64,000 nt of DNA from an uncultured bacterium. GTDB taxonomy: Bacteria; Babelota; Babeliae; Babelales; Babelaceae. Positions 20,747 through 31,356 of the stretch are shown here, one piece after another; the first letter of the stretch is position 1, and every line of letters starts with the position of its first letter. The position numbers were made by a program, and so were the translations under genes. The stretch lies in contig CAWGPQ010000005.1 in NCBI GenBank assembly GCA_963824495.1, positions 1-64,000 on the forward strand, given 5' to 3'. Below the pieces are notes generated by a model. That model saw nothing but the letters and a program-made list of their open reading frames with translations, had not been told where the DNA came from and made no database searches.

Positions 20747-21424
20747 TTACGCCTTTGAGAGCTTATCTGCTTGACGAATTGGCTCAGGTAGGCGATAGCC
20801 TCTGCAACAGGACACAACATACCTGATACTTGCTTCAAGATCAATTAAGTGTCCCACCGATATAAAAACGGGGCTCACCTGTTTCCGAGTACGTACGACT
20901 GCTCCAATAACTTCTTTTTTATCTATGAGTGGAACCCATGAGCCCTTATTTTCACCTAAAAGCCCTTTGTTGTAGGTCCCAACAAGCAAGCTTTTGCCAC
21001 AACCGATAGTAGGTATATTCAAGCATAGGCCAAGATGTGAGGCGATACCAATGCGTCGAGGGTGTGCGACACCCATACCGTCAACTATAACGAGATCCGG
21101 TTGTTGATTTAATTTGGCAAATGCGCCAAGCATACTTGGTAGTTCGCGAAACGAGAGTAAGCCGGGTATATAAGGCATATGCACAGGCTCTTGATAGGTG
21201 TGCTTTTCTACAAGCTTAAGCTCTGGGTAGGTCATGAGTACAACGGCTGCATGAGCCATATCAGTTTTCTCATTAAGCTTAAATGCCACATCAATACCTG
21301 CTATATATTGTATGCCGGCCACGTGATTTTCACGAATAATACAGTGCGCAAGTTTATATTGGAGCTCAACTGCTTGATGAGGACTTAAGTTCCAGGTATT
21401 TACGTGAAGTGGTATAGTTGGCAT
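20747..21424 (-). CDS. nfi: Endonuclease V
   Basis: IAGIDVAF; PYIPGLLSFRE; VDGMGVAHPRRIGIASHLG; PVFISVGH; RLPEPIRQAD. Confidence 0.95.
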   Translation of the reverse strand: MPTIPLHVNTWNLSPHQAVELQYKLAHCIIRENHVAGIQYIAGIDVAFKLNEKTDMAHAAVVLMTYPELKLVEKHTYQEPVHMPYIPGLLSFRELPSMLGAFAKLNQQPDLVIVDGMGVAHPRRIGIASHLGLCLNIPTIGCGKSLLVGTYNKGLLGENKGSWVPLIDKKEVIGAVVRTRKQVSPVFISVGHLIDLEASIRYVVSCCRGYRLPEPIRQADKLSKA

Positions 21425-21461
21425 GAGAGTATTTTGTAATTTTTATATAAGGGTCACTGCT

Positions 21462-22190
21462 ATGAAACAGATTATCAAACGGATTTTTGAACGTATAGTA
21501 TTTGTAGCTATTTTTTGTGGTATTACGGCTATAGGTGTTGGTATCGCTTGGTACGTACGTTCATTAAGTGAGCCTGGTTCTTATGCACAAAAGATCTTGG
21601 TATATGATGGTAGTATTAAAAAAGCATTATTTACCCCTGACGATGATGTAAAAGATGTTTTGTTGGGGCTTATTGCTCAAGAAAAGAAATCAATAAAAAT
21701 TGCTTCTTATTCGTTAACTGATAGTGATATTGCTCGAGCGCTTATTGATGCGCATGAACGTGGTATAGAGGTTATAGCAGTTGTCGATCGTAGTAATAGC
21801 GAAGGGAGTTATAGTAAAGTGCCTCTGTTAAGACAGAGCGGTATTATAACTTTTCTTTATCCAACAATCGCGATTGCAGCTAAAGAGCATATAAGATCTA
21901 TTATGCATAATAAATTTATCGTATTTGAAGATACCATTAGAAACGCATCACTTTTATGGACAGGCTCATTTAATTTTACTAAGTCAGCTTCTACCATTAA
22001 TCAGGAAAATGTCGTGGTACTTGACGACCCAAGCTTAATAGATGAATACAAAAAGCACTTTGCTGTTCTTGAAAGTCGTTGTGAACAGGTCAGTGGTCCA
22101 TCGCTTTCAGTGCCTGTACAAACACAGCGACAGCGCCAGCAACTATCCTGGACTACCTTGAGAAAATGGATAAAAGTTTTAGGTTTGTAG
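21462..22190 (+). CDS. Phospholipase D/nuclease superfamily protein (single HKD, N-terminal membrane anchor)
   Basis: MHNKFIVFED...WTGSFNFT...NQENVV. Confidence 0.88.
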   Translation: MKQIIKRIFERIVFVAIFCGITAIGVGIAWYVRSLSEPGSYAQKILVYDGSIKKALFTPDDDVKDVLLGLIAQEKKSIKIASYSLTDSDIARALIDAHERGIEVIAVVDRSNSEGSYSKVPLLRQSGIITFLYPTIAIAAKEHIRSIMHNKFIVFEDTIRNASLLWTGSFNFTKSASTINQENVVVLDDPSLIDEYKKHFAVLESRCEQVSGPSLSVPVQTQRQRQQLSWTTLRKWIKVLGL

Positions 22191-22251
22191 CGTGCTTCAT
22201 TACCACCAATACTTTCATTCAGGCAACAGACTATGCGACTTTGAGAAAAAA

Positions 22252-23187
22252 TCAAGTCTTGAGTGTAGTCAGGAGATTGACCATATCTTCAGGCATATCA
22301 GCAGTAAATTCGTAATCTTTGCCATCAAACGTGAATGAGAGCTTGTGTGCATGCAGTGCTTGGCGTCCAATCAAGGCTGATTTTTCCCCATATAGAGAAT
22401 CTCCAATAAGGGAATGACCTATGCCAGCGCAATGTACACGAATTTGATGTGTACGGCCTGTTATGGGCTTTGCTTCGATCAGAGCACTATCACGCAAGTA
22501 CTCATGTACTGTATAGTGAGTAAGGGCTTGGCGACCCCTGAATAGCGTATGGGTCATTTTATTACGATCTGTTGGGTGGCGATCGATACAAAAGTCAATC
22601 GAACCCTGTGCTAATGGATGGCCATCTACTATAGCAAGATATGTTTTAGAGATGGTGCGATCTTTAAATAGAGCTCCAAATACCATATGAGCATACTCTG
22701 TGCGCGTAATGATCATAAGGCCTGAGGTATCTTTATCAAGTCGGTGTATTATGCCAGGACGATCACTAGAGCCTACGGTTGATACTTCATTAAAGTTGGT
22801 TACGAGCCAGTCCACAAGCGTGACCGTGGTGCTTAAGTGATGGGGAGGGTGTACTATAAGACCTGCTGGTTTGTTAATAATTAAAAAGTGCTCATGCTCA
22901 TAGATGATTTTAACGTTTAAGGGCTCTACTACTTCACGCTGAGGCTTAATTTGACGCACCGGTGGAAACTGTACATCAAGTATATCGCCCGGCTTTACGA
23001 TCGTGCTATATTTAGTAACAGGTTTACCATTAAGCTTAATAAACTGGTTATTGATAAGCTTTTGGAAAAAGTTACGTGAGTACTTCGTAAAGTGTTGTGG
23101 GAGATACAAGTCTATACGGCTACTGGTATAGTGTGCCGGAACTTGGGCGGATATAAGTGTGTTGGCAGGTATAGAAGATGCTTCCAT
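22252..23187 (-). CDS. rluD: RluA/RluD-family 23S rRNA pseudouridine synthase
   Basis: S4 domain; NKPAGLIVHP; HRLDKDTSG; TGRTHQIRVH; QALHA. Confidence 0.9.
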   Translation of the reverse strand: MEASSIPANTLISAQVPAHYTSSRIDLYLPQHFTKYSRNFFQKLINNQFIKLNGKPVTKYSTIVKPGDILDVQFPPVRQIKPQREVVEPLNVKIIYEHEHFLIINKPAGLIVHPPHHLSTTVTLVDWLVTNFNEVSTVGSSDRPGIIHRLDKDTSGLMIITRTEYAHMVFGALFKDRTISKTYLAIVDGHPLAQGSIDFCIDRHPTDRNKMTHTLFRGRQALTHYTVHEYLRDSALIEAKPITGRTHQIRVHCAGIGHSLIGDSLYGEKSALIGRQALHAHKLSFTFDGKDYEFTADMPEDMVNLLTTLKT

Positions 23188-23349
23188 TTTTACGCTCCAT
23201 TCTGTAAAGCTTACACGTACACACGTGTGCGTTCTTATAATAACCTTTATATATTTTAAAGTCAAATGGACAATCATTCTGAAAGAGAGTAAGCTAGAAA
23301 ATAAATACCATCACTGTATCGTTCCATGATACGTCTTAGGGGTGCGCCC

Positions 23350-24708
23350 ATGACCTTACAAAAGATTTTTGACCAAATTCAGAATAATATAGACCTCGTG
23401 GTCAAGCAAGAGACACCATTGGGTGTTTGGTTATGGCAAGAGCTCCTTAAGATGCATCCTGCTGATATAGCCCGTTTATTTTCCAATCTTGATAGAGAAT
23501 ATGTAAAAACTCTATTTCTCCAGTTGCCTGAAAGCCTTAAACTCTCTGTTTTTAGTGAGCTTTCCTATGCACTCAAGGTATTCTGCCTTTCATTTGTTAA
23601 TGACGAGGATCGTGCACATCTCTTAAGTAATCTACCTGCCGATGAGCTGACGGACTTTTTAGATGAACTTTCAGATGAAGAACTCAGAATATACTTAAAT
23701 CTCTTGCATAAGAGGGCACGAGAACAAGTGCTTTCGCTTATGCAATTTAATCCGGAATCTGCCGGAGGTATCATGGATACCAATGTAATAACGCTTATGC
23801 AGGATTTTACGGTTGAAAAAAGCATTCAGATTCTTCAGCGCCTTCAACCAAGCAGAGATCTGTATCGTCAAATTTTTGTTATTAATCGTGAAAATGAGCT
23901 TGTGGGTGCTATATATCTGGAAGATCTTGTTCTTAAAAGCCCTAAAACGCGCCTAGAATCGATTTTGCGTCCCAATGAGCTTATTGTTGGTGTTGACGAG
24001 GATCGTGAAGAGATTGCTAAAAAGATGGTGCACTATAAAGTTATGATAGCCCCTGTTGTTGCAAAAGATGGGGTATTTCTGGGCGTTATCTCGAGTGATA
24101 AGTTAGTTGAGATTATCGAGCAAGAGGCAAGTGAAGATATTTACCGTATGGCTTCGCTGACGCCCATAAAGCACACCTATTTTGAAACTTCATTTTATAG
24201 ATTACTTTATCAGCGTAGTTCAGTCTTGATAGTATTGCTTATGGTCCAAACGCTATCGGTTATTGTTGCCGAGCGTTATCAGGAATTGCTTGCTGGCTTT
24301 CTTACGTATTTTCTCACGATGCTTATTAGCGCAGGTGGTAATGCGAGCAGTCAAACGTCAGCTCTTGCAATCCAGGGCATGGCTACCGGTGAAATCACCG
24401 AAAGTAATAGTGTCAGGTTTATCCAGCGTGAGCTCATTATGGGCCTTATGCTTGCAAGCTTATTATTTGTATTCTCTTTTTTGAGAACGTATCTTACGCA
24501 TGGAGCTTATTTTTGGGGAAGCATTGCCGTGAGCACATCGCTAGCAGTTATTATTTTTGTTTCTATAGGGTTAGGCAGTTCGATGCCCTTTATTCTTAAA
24601 AAACTTAATCTGGACCCTGCTCACTCTGCTGGGCCCCTGTTAACGACGCTCATAGATGTCATAGGTTTGCTTATCTATTGCGTTATCAGTCAATTAATCT
24701 TGTATTAA
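23350..24708 (+). CDS. mgtE: Magnesium transporter MgtE
   Basis: HPADIA; ESAGGIM CBS pair; GGNASSQ; LDPAHSAGPLLTTLIDVIG. Confidence 0.92.
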   Translation: MTLQKIFDQIQNNIDLVVKQETPLGVWLWQELLKMHPADIARLFSNLDREYVKTLFLQLPESLKLSVFSELSYALKVFCLSFVNDEDRAHLLSNLPADELTDFLDELSDEELRIYLNLLHKRAREQVLSLMQFNPESAGGIMDTNVITLMQDFTVEKSIQILQRLQPSRDLYRQIFVINRENELVGAIYLEDLVLKSPKTRLESILRPNELIVGVDEDREEIAKKMVHYKVMIAPVVAKDGVFLGVISSDKLVEIIEQEASEDIYRMASLTPIKHTYFETSFYRLLYQRSSVLIVLLMVQTLSVIVAERYQELLAGFLTYFLTMLISAGGNASSQTSALAIQGMATGEITESNSVRFIQRELIMGLMLASLLFVFSFLRTYLTHGAYFWGSIAVSTSLAVIIFVSIGLGSSMPFILKKLNLDPAHSAGPLLTTLIDVIGLLIYCVISQLILY

Positions 24709-26213
24709 TCGTCTTGCTTAGCACAAGTTACCCCATCTCCGTCTTGTGCAAAATACTTGCACAAAACTTTATCTTCCAGATAATTCATAAGTTTTAGCTT
24801 AATGGATCTGAATCCAGGGTCAGGATCTTGTTCGATCATGTTATTAATAGCAGCCACATCATGTTCTGTAATATCGCTTTCATCGATCTTAAGATCAGCA
24901 GTCTTATGCTGTGCTAGCGTGCCTGGCAGAAGCTCGTTCCAGGCTACAGTTTTCTTATAATCCGCAGCATAGGCGTCAAAATGAATAACATGTAAACGGT
25001 TATGTAATGCTTCATCGGTAATCTCAGCGTTACCAGCCAAAATAATACCAAGATGTGAAATATCTATATCTACCCATAAGTAAGGGCTATAAAATGTTTT
25101 AGTCTCTGGTTCAAGAAGCGTTAAAATAAATGAAACCAGACCATACTTGCTCTCATTAAGCACCACTCTATCGGCATCGTCTATTAATAAAATCATATTC
25201 TTGGCACCTTCACCATTGATCTTAGCCCTGCTCAAAACATCGAGTAAGAGACCAGGGTCCGATGGCGTACCTACAAGACCATCGATAGTCAGATCGCCTA
25301 AAGAAATAACCTCAAAAGGGAGATCTAATACTTGAGCAATCAATCGAGCAGCACGTGTTTTGCCTACACCTGGAGCACCACAAAAATAGGCTGCAATTTT
25401 GCGAGCTGATTGCTCTTTGCTTGCAGCTACATGACGAATACAGTAGCGCTTGAGATTGCGCAGAGCTTCACCTGAATAGCCAGTAAGTCTTTGGTTGACC
25501 AATTCTCTGGTGTAGCTAATATGTTTGACTTGGCGTGGCAAGCTTAAGGCTAGTTTTAAATGCTTTAGGTAAAGCTTTAGCCCGTCCCCACCATCCAGAA
25601 TACCAATTATAAAGTCTTCAGTGGATTTTTGATTGACACTATGTGCTTGTATAAGATTATCCTCGATGATACCCTGAAGCTTTTGCTCAATCCAAGGCTT
25701 ATTGCGCACATAGTCTCGTTCATATTTTTCTAGTTCACTTTTACCCTGAGAAGAAAAATAAAGTCTAATAAGCACGTTAATTGAAGCAATTGTTTGATAA
25801 GCAGCTCCCTTAATGGTATCGCCAATACTTGAGCTAAATGCCACTGCTCCAGCAAAATACACATAACTAGGAATTTTTTTTAGATAATCCTTTGAGTAGA
25901 ACAGAGCAAGCGGTATAGGGATGGCTAATGCTGCATAATAGCTTGTTTTTTTTATGCTTGTTATATATGCTTCGACTCGCTTTTTGTCAAAGTATGCTTC
26001 AAGCATATCCTGCTTTTCTATCAAAGACGCATTTTTAAAGTCCTCTGTGTCAGTAATTTCATCTTGATTATAAAGCTTATTACCAGCTTCGCTATATATA
26101 AAATCGAATCTGCTATAATCTGCTTGTTCTGTGCGTAGAGGATAAAAGCCGCACGATAAGAAAATTAATAACATTGATACTATGACAGTATGTAACTTGG
26201 TATGTAGTCTCAT
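24705..26213 (-). CDS. AAA+ ATPase (Lon-like module, no protease domain), paralogue 2
   Basis: GAPGVGKT Walker A; ILLIDDAD Walker B; LTLLEPE; ALHNRL. Hydrophobic N-terminus. Confidence 0.85.
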   Translation of the reverse strand: MRLHTKLHTVIVSMLLIFLSCGFYPLRTEQADYSRFDFIYSEAGNKLYNQDEITDTEDFKNASLIEKQDMLEAYFDKKRVEAYITSIKKTSYYAALAIPIPLALFYSKDYLKKIPSYVYFAGAVAFSSSIGDTIKGAAYQTIASINVLIRLYFSSQGKSELEKYERDYVRNKPWIEQKLQGIIEDNLIQAHSVNQKSTEDFIIGILDGGDGLKLYLKHLKLALSLPRQVKHISYTRELVNQRLTGYSGEALRNLKRYCIRHVAASKEQSARKIAAYFCGAPGVGKTRAARLIAQVLDLPFEVISLGDLTIDGLVGTPSDPGLLLDVLSRAKINGEGAKNMILLIDDADRVVLNESKYGLVSFILTLLEPETKTFYSPYLWVDIDISHLGIILAGNAEITDEALHNRLHVIHFDAYAADYKKTVAWNELLPGTLAQHKTADLKIDESDITEHDVAAINNMIEQDPDPGFRSIKLKLMNYLEDKVLCKYFAQDGDGVTCAKQDD

Positions 26214-26243
26214 TGAAGATCCTTTCTTATCTCAAGTCTTATC

Positions 26244-27776
26244 TCAAGCATTAAGCTGTACACCGTGCTCATGATGCATGCAATCCTGAAGATCTTCATC
26301 TTGCGCAAAATACTTGCACAAAACTTTATCTTCTAGATAATTCATGAGTTTTAGCTTAATTGACCTAAATCCAGGATCAGGATCTTGTTCGATCATAGTA
26401 TTGATAACATCGGTATCGGGCTGAGTAAAATCTTCTTCGTTTATACAGAAATCAGCAGTTTTGTGCGGTGCCAACATGCTTGAAAAGAGTTCATTCCACA
26501 CGACAGTTTTCTTATAATCTGCATCGTAACCGTCAAAGTGAACAATATGCAGGCGGTTACGTAATGCCTCATCGGTAAGCTCAGCGTTACCGGCCAAAAT
26601 AATACCAAGAGATGAAATATCTATCTCTACCCCTAAATACGCGCTATAAAAGGTCTTGGTCTCTGGCTCAAGAAGTGTTAACATGAATGAAACTAAATCT
26701 TGTTCAGCTTCATTAAGCAAGATTCGGTCGGCATCATCAAAAAGCACTATCATATTCTTAGCACCTTGCCCATTAATTTTAGCTCTTCCCATGACCTCAA
26801 GGAGCAGGCCAGGGTAATCGTTCGTGCCTATAAGATTTTCAATGATTACATCGCCCAAAGAGATAACTTCACAAGGCAGCTCTAATACTTGAGCAATTAA
26901 TCGAGCAGCACGTGTTTTGCCTACACCGGGAGCACCATAAAAATATGCTGCAGTTTTACGAACCGACTGCTCTCTGCATGATGCTACATGACGAATACAG
27001 TAGCGCTTGAGATTGCGTAGAGCTTCACCTGAATAGCCAGTAAGTTTTTCGTTAATTAATTTTCCCGTATAGCTAATTTCTTTGGCCTTGCGCGGCAAGT
27101 TAAGAATTGTTTTTATACGCTTTATAGCATCACTTCGCTCCTTTGTTTTACAGTGTGTGCTTATAAGATCATCTTCAACTACAGCATGAAACTTTTGTTC
27201 AATCCATGGCTTATTTTGTACATACTCTACTTCATACCGTTCTAGACTGCCTTGTGCTTGTGTAGAGAAATAAAGCTTTCTTAGTGCATCAATTGAGGTC
27301 GTAATATGTTGAACAGTGCTCCTGCCTATGCTCATAAGCTCAGTGTTAAATGCAAGAGCTCCACTAAAGCCAACCGAGGTTGGGATTTGATTCATGTAGC
27401 TACCCAAGCGAGTTGTAATCCCACTCAATCGGTCTTTAAAATAGTAACAGCTAAGACCAACAATTGCTGCAGCTGAAGTATAACTAGCTGTTCTTTTTAA
27501 GCTTGCTATATAAGCACTAATTCGCTTGTGGATAAAATGTTTTTGCAGCATGTCTTGCTGCGTATCTAACGAAGCATTTTTAAATTCTTCAGTGTTAATA
27601 ATATCATCTTGATTGTAGAGCTGAGCGCCAGCTTCACTATAGATGGCATCAAATTCTCTATCAAGTTCTGTATCACTGCTTTTATACGTATAAAGAGAAG
27701 TAGAATTTAATGATAAAAGGCCTGCTATCAGGAAGAGTATTGTATAAGATCGTGTAGTAAGAAAATTCTGTATCAT
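26244..27776 (-). CDS. AAA+ ATPase (Lon-like module, no protease domain), paralogue 1
   Basis: GAPGVGKT; IVLFDDAD; LTLLEPE; ALRNRL. Clearly paralogous to the adjacent gene. Confidence 0.85.
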   Translation of the reverse strand: MIQNFLTTRSYTILFLIAGLLSLNSTSLYTYKSSDTELDREFDAIYSEAGAQLYNQDDIINTEEFKNASLDTQQDMLQKHFIHKRISAYIASLKRTASYTSAAAIVGLSCYYFKDRLSGITTRLGSYMNQIPTSVGFSGALAFNTELMSIGRSTVQHITTSIDALRKLYFSTQAQGSLERYEVEYVQNKPWIEQKFHAVVEDDLISTHCKTKERSDAIKRIKTILNLPRKAKEISYTGKLINEKLTGYSGEALRNLKRYCIRHVASCREQSVRKTAAYFYGAPGVGKTRAARLIAQVLELPCEVISLGDVIIENLIGTNDYPGLLLEVMGRAKINGQGAKNMIVLFDDADRILLNEAEQDLVSFMLTLLEPETKTFYSAYLGVEIDISSLGIILAGNAELTDEALRNRLHIVHFDGYDADYKKTVVWNELFSSMLAPHKTADFCINEEDFTQPDTDVINTMIEQDPDPGFRSIKLKLMNYLEDKVLCKYFAQDEDLQDCMHHEHGVQLNA

Positions 27777-28122
27777 CAAGGTGATATCCTTGCGGTAAAT
27801 TATACGTTAAAAAATGATAAATAATTATCAGTCACCATTACTTTAAATAATAGCCCATCGTGCTTTGTTGTCAATTGCTAAGAGTATATATCTCATAAAA
27901 AAGGGCGTTAAAAGTGCTATGTCACTAGCAGGCCGGGTTTCACTGGGCACAACTACCGTCGGTCGTCATGTTGGCTTCTGTTCTTTCCCTTTTGTAGTAC
28001 CCTTGTGCGTTGCTATAGGTAAGATTTTACGGTATAATGTATATTAAAGAAGAAAAAGCTCATTAATATGCTGAGAAACAGAACTTTTTGCGTTAATTTG
28101 TCTTTACGCTCCTATAGTTTTC

Positions 28123-28151
28123 TTGACAAAAACTTAATATAGTAATACCTT
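28123..28151 (+). promoter_or_regulatory. Sigma-70 promoter of the tRNA pair
   Basis: TTGACA, 17-nt spacer, TACCTT, about 30 nt before tRNA-Lys. Confidence 0.55.
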
Positions 28152-28180
28152 AATATAAGTCTCTGCTGTCTCTTTTTTTC

Positions 28181-28256
28181 GAGCCGCTAGCTCAGGTGGT
28201 AGAGCAACAGCCTTTTAAGCTGTGGGTCGTTGGTTCGAGTCCAACGCGGCTCACCA
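28181..28256 (+). tRNA. tRNA-Lys(TTT)
   Basis: Acceptor gagccgc/gcggctc; anticodon arm acagc-cttttaa-gctgt; GGTTCGA T-loop; CCA end. Confidence 0.97.
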
Positions 28257-28259
28257 GTG

Positions 28260-28337
28260 GTCCCTATCGTCTAGCCCGGTCTAGGACATCGCCCTTTCAC
28301 GGCGAAAACAGGGGTTCGAATCCCCTTAGGGACGCCA
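28260..28337 (+). tRNA. tRNA-Glu(TTC)
   Basis: Acceptor gtcccta/tagggac; anticodon arm tcgcc-ctttcac-ggcga; GGTTCGAAT; CCA end. Confidence 0.97.
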
Positions 28338-28366
28338 AAGTTCGCTACTTTCGCAAGTTCTAAACC

Positions 28367-29257
28367 ATGAATAATTACATACATACTCATATACCATCGG
28401 CACAACAGGCGGTGGTTGCGCACATGGTTGAGGACCTGATATCGGTTCCCGGTGTTGAGGCCATAGTTCTTGGTGGTTCCCGTGCGCGCAAGACCGCTCA
28501 TGCAGCATCTGATGTTGATCTAGGGGTCTATTATTACGACACACAGCCCTTGAATATTGAAATGCTTTATGCTGTTGCTCAAAAATATTCAAAGAGGGAC
28601 GCGCCTTTGGTTGTGACGCAGCCATATGAATGGGGACCTTGGGTTAACGGTGGTGCTTGGATACATACTGAAATTGGTAAAGTGGATATCTTATATCGAA
28701 GCATTGATCGTGTTGCCAGGGTAATACAACAAGCGCTTTGTGGTGAACTAGAATTGCATTACGAACAACAACCGCCATTTGGCTTTTATAGTGTAATGTA
28801 TCTTGCCGAGGTTAAAGAGTGTTTGCCGTTTTTTGATCCCCACCATATGTTGCTGGCCTTTAAGCAGCAGATTACTGAATACCCGGCCCCATTAAAGATT
28901 GCTATTGTGCAACAGAATTTATGGGCAGCGGAATTTGCATTACACCAGGCATCCAAAGCTGCAGAGCTTGAAGATATTTTGAGTGTTGCTGGATGTATAA
29001 CGAGAATTTTTGCCAATCTTGCTCAAGTATTGTTTGCCTTGAATAGTGTATATTTTGGCAGCGACAAGCATATACTTGATGCAATAGAAAGGTTTGATAC
29101 TAAGCCGGCTGAATATAAAAAACGAGTAACAGATATACTAAGTAGTCTTGGAAGTTCACGTACTAAATTGTGCAACATGATTGTTGCTACCAAGCAGCTT
29201 TGGCTTGAGGTGTGTGTATTGGCAGAAGATATGTATGCAGCAAAGTATACATTATAA
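28367..29257 (+). CDS. Nucleotidyltransferase-domain protein (DUF4037-like)
   Basis: IVLGGSRAR...SDVDLGVY; WGPWVNGGAW; KVDILYR. Confidence 0.85.
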   Translation: MNNYIHTHIPSAQQAVVAHMVEDLISVPGVEAIVLGGSRARKTAHAASDVDLGVYYYDTQPLNIEMLYAVAQKYSKRDAPLVVTQPYEWGPWVNGGAWIHTEIGKVDILYRSIDRVARVIQQALCGELELHYEQQPPFGFYSVMYLAEVKECLPFFDPHHMLLAFKQQITEYPAPLKIAIVQQNLWAAEFALHQASKAAELEDILSVAGCITRIFANLAQVLFALNSVYFGSDKHILDAIERFDTKPAEYKKRVTDILSSLGSSRTKLCNMIVATKQLWLEVCVLAEDMYAAKYTL

Positions 29258-29392
29258 CAATACAGGCATGATGACTAATAGTGAAAAAGCACGCATTAAA
29301 AGCAGCTCATCGAGCTGGCTTATACAGTGGTTGTGCATCGGTGATCGAGCACAACACAATAGGTTGTATTGTGGCAGCGAAAGGAAAATTGT

Positions 29393-30142
29393 ATGCGCAA
29401 TAACCCCCCGATCGTTATTACGAAACTCGTAAATGAATACTATAAGGATGCTCAAGCGATCTTTTGGGCTGGATCTGTTTCAAAAAACCAAGGCACTCCC
29501 GCTTCTGATCTTGATCTTATTATTATTTATGATCAACTTCCCAATGCCTATAGGAAAGCTTTTATGTACGAAGAATGGCCCATTGATGTTTTTGTACACG
29601 ATACAGAGACATTACGTTATTTTCTACAAGATTCTAGAAATAATTCTGGTATTTCTGGCTTAATACACATGATTCTTAATGGAAAAGAAATAACTACTCC
29701 CACAATTTTTTCACAAAATATTAAACATTTTGCGCAAGAGATTTTGGAGGCTGGTCCAGTTACTTGGGATAAAAAAGAGATCGATAAAGAGCGTTTTTTC
29801 ATTACAGATGCACTTGAGGGTGTGCTTTTTCCCGTTAATCGGGCAGAACAGATAGCGTCTGCCGCGTGGCTATATGAAGCACTAGCACAATTTTATTTTC
29901 GTGCACAAAACAAATGGCGAGCAAGTGGTAAATCAATTATAAGGTATCTGGAAAATGATAATCAGCATGTTGCTCAAGAGTTTTCTTTAGCATTTGAGAA
30001 GGTATTTCAAAACGGTGATACAGCTAATTTAAATCAGCTTGTTTCGAGCTTGCTTGCGCCATATGGGGGCTTGTATTGGAATGGTTTTAGATTAGATGCT
30101 CCACAAGAATTGCGAGTCCCAGAGAAAATTATTCAAAGCTGA
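29393..30142 (+). CDS. Nucleotidyltransferase-domain protein
   Basis: FWAGSVSK...SDLDLIII; PIDVFVH. Confidence 0.85.
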   Translation: MRNNPPIVITKLVNEYYKDAQAIFWAGSVSKNQGTPASDLDLIIIYDQLPNAYRKAFMYEEWPIDVFVHDTETLRYFLQDSRNNSGISGLIHMILNGKEITTPTIFSQNIKHFAQEILEAGPVTWDKKEIDKERFFITDALEGVLFPVNRAEQIASAAWLYEALAQFYFRAQNKWRASGKSIIRYLENDNQHVAQEFSLAFEKVFQNGDTANLNQLVSSLLAPYGGLYWNGFRLDAPQELRVPEKIIQS

Positions 30143-30203
30143 ATGTGCTTTGTGTGGAATCGTCGCAAAACAGGAAATTTTAGACAAGTATGCAGGGTAG
30201 CAT

Positions 30204-31088
30204 ATGGATGATCTTATCATTTTGTATCGACAACGCCTTAACCTTCAAAGCGCTACCTTTTTACGTATTGATCATGAAGACGCGATGGTTGCAATCGTCT
30301 ATAAGGTTAAGCTACCTAGTGGTACACAACTCATTTTAAAAATATGTACGCGTGTTAAAGATTACTTACGCGAAGTGTACTTTCTAAAACACTTTGCTGA
30401 TATATTACCAGTACCGCGCATTATACAGGTTGTGCAACCAGAAGCAGGTATCTATGGAGCTATTTTAATGGAGTGCCTACACGGCACGTTGCTAAAAGCA
30501 ACAGATTTTACCGAGGCACTTGCTTATGAAATCGGTTCTCTGCTCGCGGTCATTCACCTCAATCGTGTAACAGGCTATGGCGATCTTACACAACCACATG
30601 GTTTAAGCCCCGACCCACGTATGTATTTTACCCTGAAGTTTGAAGAAGGCTTTGCTGAATGTAGCAATCATCTGCCCAAAGCACTGCTTGAACAATGTCG
30701 TCGTTATTATCATACGCATATACATCTCTTGGATTCAGTGGATGGACCCTGCATTACACACCGTGATTTTCGGCCTGGCAATATGATAGTTTATGATGGC
30801 AAGCTCCAGGGAATTATTGATTGGGCTGCAGGATGCGCAAGCTTTGCACAAGAAGACTTTTGCTGTATTGAACATGGAGATTGGCCAATGCATTTTACGA
30901 GCAAAAAGTCATTTTTAGCTGGGTATACAAGCATTCGCCCAGTTCCTAATTATGGCGCTATAATGCCCCTCTTACGCCTGAGTAGAGCATTTGCTACAAT
31001 TGGCTTTACGGTTAAGCATGGAACGTGGAAAGGCGGCAACGCTCGTCTGTATCAGTTTAACCGACGGTTTCTTGAACATTTTTTTTAG
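30204..31088 (+). CDS. Aminoglycoside phosphotransferase-family kinase
   Basis: LILKI; THRDFRPGN (Brenner motif); GIIDW. Confidence 0.85.
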   Translation: MDDLIILYRQRLNLQSATFLRIDHEDAMVAIVYKVKLPSGTQLILKICTRVKDYLREVYFLKHFADILPVPRIIQVVQPEAGIYGAILMECLHGTLLKATDFTEALAYEIGSLLAVIHLNRVTGYGDLTQPHGLSPDPRMYFTLKFEEGFAECSNHLPKALLEQCRRYYHTHIHLLDSVDGPCITHRDFRPGNMIVYDGKLQGIIDWAAGCASFAQEDFCCIEHGDWPMHFTSKKSFLAGYTSIRPVPNYGAIMPLLRLSRAFATIGFTVKHGTWKGGNARLYQFNRRFLEHFF

Positions 31089-31183
31089 GAGCCTTTCATT
31101 TAACCAACACTTTTAATTGCACCCTATAATTGGCACATAAAGCGTAGTGTTTTCGCAAATTTTTTGATAAAATTAACAACAAA

Positions 31184-31350
31184 GGCATCGATACGGCAAA
31201 CACCGTGGAGCTTGAGGAAGAACGTTGCAATAGCACCTATTAAAACCTCACGGGTACGCCCGTAAGCGCGTAGTAAAGTTTCAAGTAAGGTGGCACCGCG
31301 ATCCAACCAATCGCCCTTACACACTAGGTTGTAATTATAAGGAAGGTGCC
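31184..31350 (+). ncRNA. T-box riboswitch, ultrashort-Stem-I translational (class II) type, predicted Asn specifier
   Basis: Stem I GGCATCGATACGGCA-AAC-ACCGTGGAGC; Stem II tgagGAAGAAC...AAAACctca; Stem IIA/B cgggtacgcccg; T-box AAGGTGGCACCGCG...CGCCCTT. Directly upstream of an aminoacyl-tRNA synthetase. Confidence 0.9.
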
Positions 31351-31356
31351 ATTAAC

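Noticed and set aside
10384..21424. Dedicated DNA-repair operon (phrB, mutY, nfi)
   Set aside because: The genes are on different strands and separated by unrelated genes. No shared operator is seen.
21462..22190. PLD gene as part of an anti-phage system
   Set aside because: Stand-alone, membrane-anchored, among housekeeping genes, with no helicase or methylase partner.
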